A stretch of DNA of 64,000 bases from the NCBI GenBank assembly GCA_038063755.1, contig JBBTUL010000012.1:64572-128571 (forward strand), in the 5' to 3' direction. Positions 9,354 through 16,982 of this stretch are shown piece by piece. Positions within the stretch are counted from its first letter, which is position 1. Each line of letters begins with the position of its first letter. Below the pieces are notes generated by a model, which was not told the origin of the DNA, made no database searches, and worked only from the letters and a program-made list of their open reading frames with translations. Source of the stretch: Patescibacteria group bacterium (GTDB lineage: Bacteria; Patescibacteriota; Minisyncoccia; UBA6257; 2-01-FULL-56-20). A program made the position numbers and the translations under genes.

Positions 9354-9629
9354 TTAGCTGGGCAGGCGGTATTTTTCCTTTCTCACCCACCTCCCATCGA
9401 TCTGTTCGTAGAGCTCAAAGAGCGTAGAAAGGGCCTGATTTACTGCTTCCGGAGTCTCCTGATTGCGCCAACCGAAGAGGCCACCTCCAAGGAGATGCGA
9501 CGCGATTGCGCAAAACTGGTCTATTGAGAATTCGTATTCTCCAATACGCACACCGCTTGTTCCGAAAAACCCCCAGGTAAAGCCGGCTTCGGCTATTTCG
9601 CCTTTTTTCGTTGTTGCAAAAAGAGTCAT
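9354..9629 (-). CDS. Hypothetical protein (91 aa)
   Basis: ORF with GGAG-type SD upstream on the minus strand; no recognisable domain. Confidence 0.45.
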   Translation of the reverse strand: MTLFATTKKGEIAEAGFTWGFFGTSGVRIGEYEFSIDQFCAIASHLLGGGLFGWRNQETPEAVNQALSTLFELYEQIDGRWVRKEKYRLPS

Positions 9630-9684
9630 TCTTTTACTCCGCTCAAATCTTCTCCGTAGAGGGTAGCATTGCGGGATTCTCGCG

Positions 9685-9990
9685 TCAACGACATATTGCC
9701 TTGCGGGTGTTCATTTTTTTTGATTGGTTATGATCTTTAAGCGCGGCAAGAGTATAGATTCCATTTGACCAGAGAACGCCCTGAAGGAACCCGAGCCACC
9801 GAAACACCTTTTCCAGCTTTCCCTGACGAACGAATTCCACCATCTGATCCAGCATGCCATAGCAGTGTTCAAGCGCGCGAGTCGGATTATCCACGATTCT
9901 GTCGTGGCTGTAATCTATCGCCTTGATGCCTGTAGCAAAAAAATAATCCCGATACTTCTCAATAACATTAAGGATTTGTTCCGGCTTCAT
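9685..9990 (-). CDS. Hypothetical protein (about 101 aa; ORF track gives 9685-10074)
   Basis: Internal ATG (rc of 9988-9990) preceded by AAAGGAAAA; the longer N-terminal extension lacks an RBS. Confidence 0.45.
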   Translation of the reverse strand: MKPEQILNVIEKYRDYFFATGIKAIDYSHDRIVDNPTRALEHCYGMLDQMVEFVRQGKLEKVFRWLGFLQGVLWSNGIYTLAALKDHNQSKKMNTRKAICR

Positions 9991-10269
9991 GTTTTTTCCT
10001 TTTGATAAGTACTGAAGGTAGAGTAACGGACGAACAAAAAAATACAATACTTCTCGAATGGTCTTTCTGCGCAAAAAAACCAGCGGGATTGCTGGTTTTC
10101 GGATAGAGACTATCGGCTAGGAACTACAGACGAATTCACGCACATATTGAGGCGCACAATCAAGAAGCACTTTTTTGAATCGATCCACCCTGTTTTCCCC
10201 GCCGCTAGCAGCGAGAAAAAATCTAGAACCTGCTGAAATGAAGAGGGAATTCAGATATAATTACAACCA

Positions 10270-12954
10270 ATGACACAATCATGGTATTCCTTTTCACTAG
10301 AGGAAACATTCAACAAGCTAGGAAGTTCCGATCGGGGCCTCTCTTTTGATTTAACGAAAGAACGACTCAAACAATACGGCGCAAACAGCCTCCCCGAGGA
10401 AAAGCCGCGCTCAAAACTACGGCTCTTTTTAGGCCAGTTCCAAAGTCCACTTATCTATATTCTTCTTGCCGCAAGTGCGGTCGTTTTCGCTTTGGGAGAA
10501 ACTGTTGATGGCTCAATCATTCTTGCCGTTCTTCTCTTCAACGCCATTGTCGGTGTCATTCAGGAAGGCAAGGCTCAAAACACGCTCCTTGCTCTGAAAA
10601 AATTTGTAGAGACAAACGCGACAGTTCTTCGTGACGGCAAAGAATACATTATTCCCGATCACGAGGTGGTCCCGGGTGATATTGTCCTTCTCCAGGAAGG
10701 AGAGCGTATCCCTGCCGATGCTCGGGTTGTTGCATCTCAAAGCCTAAGGGTAGACGAAGCATCTCTTACCGGAGAATCCGAGCCAATATACAAAAGCGTT
10801 GAAGCGCTAGAGCGTAATGATCTACCCACAGCGGAACAAAAGAATATGGTCTTCAAGGGTACTCATATAGTTGCCGGACATGGCCGAGCGGTTGTTGTTG
10901 CTACTGGTCTCTCCACGGTCATTGGCGGGATTGCAAAACAAATTTCATCCATAGACACGGAGATTCCGCTCAAGGCAAACATCAGGTATCTCTCAAGAGC
11001 AATTATCGCCACGGTGGCAACAATCAGCACGGTGCTATTTATTGTTGGTGTTTTTATGGGCCATACCGCCAAGGAAATGTTTACGACCGTCGTTTCGCTT
11101 TCCGTTTCAATCATTCCCGAAGGTCTTCCTATCGTGATGACGCTGGTCCTTGCCACAGGAGTTTGGCGAATGTCAAAACGGAACGCACTTGTTAAAAAAC
11201 TCCAGGCAGTTGAAGCTTTGGGGCAAGCGCGGGTCATCGCGGTAGACAAAACAGGAACCATTACCAAAAATGAACTTGTTGTCCGCAAAGTATGGACCGC
11301 CGACAGGTTGTTTGAGATTGGTGGTGTTGGCTATGAGCCTAAAGGGGACATTAAGCTTGGGGGAAATGCTGTTGACGCGGCAAATCAAGATGATCTCCTG
11401 TATCTTGGAAAAGCAGCTGCTTTTGTTGCGACCGCACGGCTCTCGTACGCGGAAGAAACAAAAGAATGGAGAATTTCTGGAGACCCGACTGAGGCCGCTA
11501 TGCTCGTTTTTGCCGAGAAGGCAGGTTTTAATAAGGAAGATCTTCTACGGGAATCCCCCCTGTTATCGGAAATTCCTTTTGACTATAAGTTAAAATATCA
11601 CGCCACCGTTCATCAGGTTGGCGAGAAGTCACTTTTAACCGTTGCCGGAGCGCCAGAAATAGTACTTGCTCTTTGTGGCGATATCGGGCGCGGAGGTAAG
11701 AATCATTCTCTTTCGAAAAGGGAAAAAGAAGAGCTTGAAGCGACATTTGCGCGCATGTCCGAAGAAGGCCTTCGGGTCATAGCGGTTGCGGTTCGTCATG
11801 ATGCTCCAAAACAACTGAACACAGACTCCATCAACTCGCTTTCTTTCGTTGGTTTCTTTGGTATGCAGGATACGCTTCGACCAGAAGTGAGGAAAGCAAT
11901 AAGTCGCGCGAAAGAAGCTGGCATCAGAGTGGTCATGATTACTGGCGATCACAAGATAACCGCTCGGGCTATTGCCAAGGAAGCCGGAATATACCAAGAG
12001 GGGGATACGGTTTTGACCGGAGATGAGATTGAATCAATGCATGACGCCCAGCTTGCCGATAAGCTTGCGGGAACGACCGTATTTGCAAGAGTGACACCGG
12101 AGCACAAGATGCAAATCATCAATGCCTACAAAAGACGAGGCGAGATCGTAGCCATGACCGGAGACGGAGTTAACGATGCACCGTCGCTAGTCGCTGCTGA
12201 CCTTGGGGTATCCATGGGGAAAATCGGTACCGAGGTGGCGAAAGAAGCTTCGGATATCATTTTACTTGACGATAACTTCGGGAGTATTGTTTCGGCGATC
12301 GAGGAGGGAAGGAGTATTTACAAAACAATTAAAAAGGTCATTCTCTATCTTTTCTCGACCAGCACCGGAGAAGTGCTCGTGATTTCGGGCGCACTATTTC
12401 TTGGGTATCCATTGCCAATTCTCGCGGCACAAATTATCTGGCTCAACTTTGTAACAGACGGATTTCTTGATGTAGCTTTGGCTATGGAGCCCAAAGAGAA
12501 AGGACTGCTGGCAGGCACGTTTGAGCATCCCAGAAAATACCTCGTTGATTCGTTGATGCTCCAAAGAATGGCTGTCATGGCGATACCGATGATGTTTGGA
12601 ACCCTCTTTCTCTTTAACCAATACTTTGACACCGACATTGCAAAGGCATGGACAATTTCACTCACCACACTCGCAGTCTTTCAATGGTTCAACGCTTGGA
12701 ACTGTCGCTCTGAGAATAGATCAATCTTCGGTATGGAGTGGTTTTCAAATAAATATCTTGTTGGGGCAACTCTGGTGGTCGTCGCACTTCAGATGGCAGC
12801 GTTATACACCCCGATCATGCAAACGATTCTTCGCACCACGCCGCTTACGCCCTCCGAGTGGCTCATGATCATACCCGTTGCAGCTTCGATAATCGTTGTT
12901 GAAGAAGTCAGGAAGTTTTTCTATCGTAGGAGGTCCCGGCTCTTAAATACCTAA
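10270..12954 (+). CDS. Cation-transporting P-type ATPase (P2-type, Ca2+-ATPase-like)
   Basis: 894 aa; TGES, DKTGTITKNE, TGDHKITARAIA and AMTGDGVNDAPSL motifs; ten predicted TM helices. Confidence 0.92.
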   Translation: MTQSWYSFSLEETFNKLGSSDRGLSFDLTKERLKQYGANSLPEEKPRSKLRLFLGQFQSPLIYILLAASAVVFALGETVDGSIILAVLLFNAIVGVIQEGKAQNTLLALKKFVETNATVLRDGKEYIIPDHEVVPGDIVLLQEGERIPADARVVASQSLRVDEASLTGESEPIYKSVEALERNDLPTAEQKNMVFKGTHIVAGHGRAVVVATGLSTVIGGIAKQISSIDTEIPLKANIRYLSRAIIATVATISTVLFIVGVFMGHTAKEMFTTVVSLSVSIIPEGLPIVMTLVLATGVWRMSKRNALVKKLQAVEALGQARVIAVDKTGTITKNELVVRKVWTADRLFEIGGVGYEPKGDIKLGGNAVDAANQDDLLYLGKAAAFVATARLSYAEETKEWRISGDPTEAAMLVFAEKAGFNKEDLLRESPLLSEIPFDYKLKYHATVHQVGEKSLLTVAGAPEIVLALCGDIGRGGKNHSLSKREKEELEATFARMSEEGLRVIAVAVRHDAPKQLNTDSINSLSFVGFFGMQDTLRPEVRKAISRAKEAGIRVVMITGDHKITARAIAKEAGIYQEGDTVLTGDEIESMHDAQLADKLAGTTVFARVTPEHKMQIINAYKRRGEIVAMTGDGVNDAPSLVAADLGVSMGKIGTEVAKEASDIILLDDNFGSIVSAIEEGRSIYKTIKKVILYLFSTSTGEVLVISGALFLGYPLPILAAQIIWLNFVTDGFLDVALAMEPKEKGLLAGTFEHPRKYLVDSLMLQRMAVMAIPMMFGTLFLFNQYFDTDIAKAWTISLTTLAVFQWFNAWNCRSENRSIFGMEWFSNKYLVGATLVVVALQMAALYTPIMQTILRTTPLTPSEWLMIIPVAASIIVVEEVRKFFYRRRSRLLNT

Positions 12955-13052
12955 GCGTTTTTTGTTTCGGGCTGCGCGTGGTTAAACAAACGACTGGGTA
13001 AATAAAAATACCCCCATGAGGTTGGGGGCCTTGCGTTGAAGCAACGAATAAT

Positions 13053-13298
13053 CTATCGCGCTTGGCTTTCGGCCAAGAAGCGATTGCTGTGAATCTCGAT
13101 GAGCATTACCCACAGCGCGTGGATTGCGTCGGCATCGTTGTCCTTTGGCAGGATCGAAGCCACATGATGGTACCACGAGCGCTTACGAATGCTTCCCATG
13201 TCGCCATCACCCAAGCAATCAACGAGCTCGGCAAGTTCGTCTACGGTCAGACTACTAACGGCTTCCTGAATGGATGGTGCGGCTAGCGCTGTTTTCAC
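13053..13298 (-). CDS. Hypothetical small acidic protein (81 aa)
   Basis: GTG start (rc of 13296-13298) preceded by SD AAGGAG with a 6-nt spacer. Confidence 0.5.
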   Translation of the reverse strand: MKTALAAPSIQEAVSSLTVDELAELVDCLGDGDMGSIRKRSWYHHVASILPKDNDADAIHALWVMLIEIHSNRFLAESQAR

Positions 13299-13396
13299 AA
13301 CGAGCTCCTTTATGACCAGAAACTAGACATATAATGCCCGACAACGCTTGTTGCGTCAAACTCGAGTGATAATGCGCACGCACATATGGCAGGTTT

Positions 13397-13541
13397 TTTC
13401 TCTCGCGTGGTTTACCACGAGTGAGTCCCGCTAAAGCGGGACGAAAATATGCCCCTCGAATTCCTCGGGGCACTCGATTCGTAATGTGGTTTACCACGAG
13501 TGAGTCCCGCTAAGGCGGGACGAATCGAGTGGAGATGGAGG
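13397..13541 (+). repeat. ssrA-flank repeat copy A: two tandem hairpin modules (gtggtttaccacgag...cccgctaaRgcggga) ending in gtggagatggagg, the complement of the tmRNA 3' terminus
   Basis: About 95 percent identical to 15925-16070, which lies directly downstream of and overlapping the ssrA 3' end. After the 13-nt core the copy diverges into catggccgctcgg, which is shared with the copy at 15490-15502. Confidence 0.85.
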
Positions 13542-13892
13542 CATGGCCGCTCGGTAACCCTCGCTATGCACTTCCTATATATCCGTCGCCCTTGGCGACT
13601 TTAGTTTCGGAGGTCGGGACCCGAACCAAGGTTCGCCCTCGTCGGCCCCGCCTCTGGCGGGGCACGTGTTTCGTAATACAAAACCTCCTGACGAGCAGGA
13701 GGTTTTGTTAACTACAACAGCGCGGAGTGTCTCCGGACAACTGGCGAACTCTGATAGATAGGATTTTTATGTTTATGCAAAAATAAAAGAGCCATCACGG
13801 GTGGTAGGCAACGACCCTCTCGTTTTCTACCCGTGACGGCTGATTGTTTATCTGAGTACCGAAACCACTATATGTCCAGGGTCATATTTTAC

Positions 13893-14141
13893 TCAGGGAA
13901 CTCCCAGGCGTGGGTCGTCTCGGTGAGTGAAAGTCGGGACGTAGCTAATTATTGGTGGGCGACCAACCACGTTGGCTCGGATGTGGATAGTGACGGCATT
14001 GTCGTCCGCCGAGCAAACAATGTCTGCGACCGCATCCTCGCGGTCCCACCCATGCACCACAAGCGCGATCTTGTGTGCGGCGCTCACGGCCTTCGCGAGC
14101 TTGTTGGGTGATGCGGTGATTCGCAACGACTGGATTCTCAT
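13893..14141 (-). CDS. Hypothetical small protein (82 aa)
   Basis: ATG (rc of 14139-14141) preceded by SD AAAGGAG with a 7-nt spacer; the overlapping plus-strand ORF 13833-14111 has no RBS and was rejected. Confidence 0.4.
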   Translation of the reverse strand: MRIQSLRITASPNKLAKAVSAAHKIALVVHGWDREDAVADIVCSADDNAVTIHIRANVVGRPPIISYVPTFTHRDDPRLGVP

Positions 14142-14358
14142 CACAAACTCCTTTTCAAGGTGCAGAAGGAGTCCCGGTATTGGGACCCTCCCTTGAATGG
14201 TCATGCACTCAAGGGAACGTCCAATACCAAAAAACCCGCCGGAAAGGCGGATTTCTTGGTATTTACTTACTTGCTGTTAAACCAAATTATCCCGCCTTCC
14301 GATATGCCGGGCGCGGGGACGGGGAAACGATGTTGGAATGGATGTGAATCATTACTAG

Positions 14359-15402
14359 GTGACTATAGCCTTTGTCATAGTAAATGTCAAGAAAATATGC
14401 GCGAAAGTTCGCTCTTCCGTCCAAAAGAGAAGAGCTTTAATTGGGAATTGGATCGACGAGCGGGATAGCGGAGCGGCTTGGCGAGGGCATTCTGTGCGCG
14501 ATATACTTAACTTATATATGAGAGAAGTGTTAAAAAATCACCTAGGTTCCGCGGTGGTCGTTTCTCTTGTGGTCGTTGGCCTTCTCGGACTTTTCATATC
14601 CATCTCTTTGCTGAGAGATCGGATAGGCGCAGGAACAGATGGCGAGGGCATCAAGGACTGGAAGACATATAAGAGCGAGGAGTATGGGTACCAATTTCAA
14701 TATCCAGCGGACTGGTTTTTTGAAGATGACGAGATGGGGGGCAACGTGAGTATTAGAAATTATGCCGAAGAAAAAGACAAGGACAACAAAGAATCAGTCA
14801 TTCTCAATCTACAAGCTCACACCAAACCTTTTTACACAGACCTTTTTTCGCTTGCAGAGCAGGATCTTGATTCGCCGAGCGAGCTCGATGGATCTCTGGT
14901 TGGTGGCGTGCCAACAAGAAAAGAGATCCGCGGGCTTCCGGTTGTGATGACCGAACGGTCCGTTGTATTTTGGGGAGAAGGACCTGGTTATTACATTGAA
15001 AAAGACACGGAACACTTTATTTATGCAATAATCTCTAAAAAAGAGTACCCGGAGGTGGTTGATCAAATTATTTCAACAATCAAGTTTTCAAGCTCTGTTC
15101 AAAACCCCGATCCCGTAAAAAGTTTTCTTTCGGCGGCACCAATAGGATATCAGTGGACCGCGACTCTCGACTGGGACAACTCCGTTGTTTCAAAATGTCT
15201 CGTTAGGGAAAACGAAGAGGAGATAAGCGATGGGACATATGAGCAGATGAGGGCCGTAAGTCCACCGGTGGGATATCGATGGACAACGACGCAAAAGATT
15301 TTTCCTTCTGGCGAAAATGTAAACGTCGGTCTGTGCCTTTTGAGAATAGCTTGTCCAGATGGGAAAGTTCCGAACAGCAAGTCGTGCATAGTGCCAAGGT
15401 AG
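14359..15402 (+). CDS. Hypothetical secreted or membrane-anchored protein; likely true start at internal Met 14518 (MREVLKNHLGSAVVV...)
   Basis: N-terminal signal-anchor (AVVVSLVVVGLLGLFISISLL) followed by a ~270-aa hydrophilic domain; no recognisable enzymatic motif. Confidence 0.55.
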   Translation: MTIAFVIVNVKKICAKVRSSVQKRRALIGNWIDERDSGAAWRGHSVRDILNLYMREVLKNHLGSAVVVSLVVVGLLGLFISISLLRDRIGAGTDGEGIKDWKTYKSEEYGYQFQYPADWFFEDDEMGGNVSIRNYAEEKDKDNKESVILNLQAHTKPFYTDLFSLAEQDLDSPSELDGSLVGGVPTRKEIRGLPVVMTERSVVFWGEGPGYYIEKDTEHFIYAIISKKEYPEVVDQIISTIKFSSSVQNPDPVKSFLSAAPIGYQWTATLDWDNSVVSKCLVRENEEEISDGTYEQMRAVSPPVGYRWTTTQKIFPSGENVNVGLCLLRIACPDGKVPNSKSCIVPR

Positions 15403-15476
15403 TTCTCGGGCCTCCGGCGCTGGCACCGCTGTGAGCAGCGAAGCCCCGAGGCAATTTCTTTAACAAATTCGGAATG

Positions 15477-15502
15477 GTGGAGATGGAGGCATGGCCGCTC
15501 GG
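15477..15502 (+). repeat. Third copy of the ssrA 3'-terminal 13-mer plus shared 13-nt extension (gtggagatggagg-catggccgctcgg)
   Basis: Exact 26-nt match to 13529-13554; on the minus strand it reads ...GCCUCCAUCUCCACCA, ending in an encoded CCA. Confidence 0.8.
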
Positions 15503-15526
15503 CGGGCAGAGGCGGATCGCCGCACC

Positions 15527-15793
15527 CTATAGCTTTGTTGACAAATCCTTTTTATATCTTTCGATCAAGACCTCCTTTTTGTCCCTGCGCCACTTTTTGA
15601 TCTGAATTTCCCTTCGGCGTGCTTCGACTAATGTGGGGTATTTTTCCTGAAACACCACGCTGAACTTTGCTTTACCCTTTGTGAATTGAGCGCCTTGATG
15701 CGCGTTATGGTAGTAAATACGGGTATGCGGATTGGCCGTGACACCAACATACAATTTCCCGAAGTCGTTTTTGATCATGTAAACGTAGTACAT
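15527..15793 (-). CDS. GIY-YIG nuclease family small protein
   Basis: N-terminus MYYVYMIKNDFGKLYVGVTANPHTRIYYHN matches the GIY-YIG signature (YVY...YVG...R...H/N); 88 aa, similar to UPF0213 / YhbQ-type proteins. Confidence 0.8.
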   Translation of the reverse strand: MYYVYMIKNDFGKLYVGVTANPHTRIYYHNAHQGAQFTKGKAKFSVVFQEKYPTLVEARRREIQIKKWRRDKKEVLIERYKKDLSTKL

Positions 15794-15924
15794 GCAACAA
15801 GCTTAGCGCGAGGGCGTAAAAAATTTCTAAAACCAACCTGCCCATTCGACTTATCGCCTGCAGTGAGCGCAGGCGAACCGCTCAGGGCACTCGACTCAAA
15901 AGAAAACGCCAAAATGGCGTTTTC

Positions 15925-16070
15925 TTTTTCTCTCGCGTGGTTTACCACGAGCGAGTTTCGCTAAGGCGGGACGAAAACATGCCCCTCGAATTCCTCGGGG
16001 CACTCGATTCGTAATGTGGTTTACCACGAGTGAGTCCCGCTAAGGCGGGACGAATCGAGTGGAGATGGAG
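15925..16070 (+). repeat. ssrA-flank repeat copy B (immediately downstream of the tmRNA; last 11 nt overlap the ssrA 3' end)
   Basis: Direct repeat of 13397-13541; each copy contains two hairpin modules with stems gtgg/ccac and cccgc/gcggg. Confidence 0.85.
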
Positions 16071-16412
16071 GGAATCGAACCCTCGTCTAAAGGTGGGATC
16101 AGTGAATCGTCTACGAGCGTAGATTAGCCGAAGCTAAACGGATTGCCTCGCGTGTTTTACTCCGGTGCGGCAAGGCGGTACATCCGGAGCGAGCCTCCTT
16201 ATATGAGACCGGTTATGAATCGAAGAGGCGCCGATTCGCCGATCCTCTCGCTTCCAGCGGATTGCCAGAAGGGGAGAGTTCTCAAGCTTACGCAAAAGCG
16301 AAAGCCGGAGCTGCAACGCGTTGGTTGGCAGTTATCGTTTTTTGTCGGTTTTACAAGACAACGCTTGGCTCGCAAATCCATGAACCATCTCTATCGAAGC
16401 CAGTGCATCCCC
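16060..16412 (-). ncRNA. ssrA: tmRNA (SsrA)
   Basis: Minus-strand RNA GGGGAUGCACUGGCUUCGAUAGAGAUGG......GACGAGGGUUCGAUUCCCUCCAUCUCCA. The 5' GGGGAUG pairs with the 3' CAUCUCC, the T-arm is GAGGG-UUCGAUU-CCCUC, and the discriminator is A with no encoded CCA. Predicted tag ORF GCC AAC CAA CGC GUU GCA GCU CCG GCU UUC GCU UUU GCG UAA gives (A)NQRVAAPAFAFA. It lies 10 nt downstream of smpB. Confidence 0.85.
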
Positions 16413-16421
16413 AAAGATGGA

Positions 16422-16859
16422 TTATAGTCTTCTCGCTATGTCGCGCTCTATCGCGCGCTTTTTTAAAAGATCTCGCTTGTCCTTCTGCTTTCGCGAGCGT
16501 CCGAGTCCTAGCTCGAGCTTTATGAGTCCTCGCTTCGGATATGCTTTGAGGGGAACGAGGGTCAGGCCTTTTTCCTCGAGGCGTCCCGAGAGCATCTTGA
16601 TTTCTTTTTTCTGGATCAAGAGCTTCCGCGTGCGGGTGGAGTCATATCCCTCCGGTGCGTTTTTCGGTTGATACGCCGGAATCTTGGCGTTTGTAAGCCA
16701 GAGCTCTCCCGCGCGGATCAAGCAGTAGCTCCCTGGGAGCTCCATACGACCCTCCTTCACGCTCTTTACCTCGTACCCGTAGAGTTCAATGCCCGCTTCG
16801 AGCGTCTCAAGCATATCATAGTCAAATCTCGCCCGACGATTTTCCGCAAATGGAGCCAT
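16422..16859 (-). CDS. smpB: SsrA-binding protein SmpB
   Basis: 145 aa; FAENRRARFDYDMLETLEAGIELYGYEVKSVKEG matches the conserved SmpB N-terminus; adjacent to ssrA. Confidence 0.92.
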   Translation of the reverse strand: MAPFAENRRARFDYDMLETLEAGIELYGYEVKSVKEGRMELPGSYCLIRAGELWLTNAKIPAYQPKNAPEGYDSTRTRKLLIQKKEIKMLSGRLEEKGLTLVPLKAYPKRGLIKLELGLGRSRKQKDKRDLLKKRAIERDIARRL

Positions 16860-16982
16860 GCTTTCATCTTATCGGTATACGAGAGGTTTGTCAGCACGCT
16901 CGATACGCGATATTGTAAAGGAAAAGCAAGCCACACTGGACCCATTATACCATACTCAAGTAATATTGTCCATATTCAGCCA

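Larger units (their letters stand above)
13397..16070. mobile_element. Possible relic of one or more integrative elements downstream of ssrA (no integrase in the window)
   Basis: Three copies of the ssrA 3'-terminal 13-mer; two 146-bp direct repeats; a GIY-YIG nuclease gene and two orphan genes between them. Confidence 0.35.

Noticed and set aside
13255-13711. Short ORFs 13255-13497- and 13529-13711+ and a CRISPR-like appearance of the repeated hairpin modules
   Set aside because: These overlap the non-coding ssrA-flank repeats. The repeats are not CRISPR: there are only two units per locus, the spacers are not uniform, there are no cas genes, and the units are instead duplicated as a block at two loci.
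13833-14111. 92-aa plus-strand ORF
   Set aside because: Starts with GTG inside a palindrome, has no RBS, and overlaps the minus-strand 82-aa ORF, which has a strong SD.
16143-16427. ORFs overlapping ssrA (16134-16316-, 16143-16427+, 16199-16381-, 16262-16525+)
   Set aside because: The region is the tmRNA gene.
16668-16982. 5' extension of the argS ORF (start at 16668)
   Set aside because: Overlaps smpB on the opposite strand by ~190 nt. The ArgS homology begins at Met 16983 (MRKKLSLLVQKAL...), leaving a normal divergent intergenic region.
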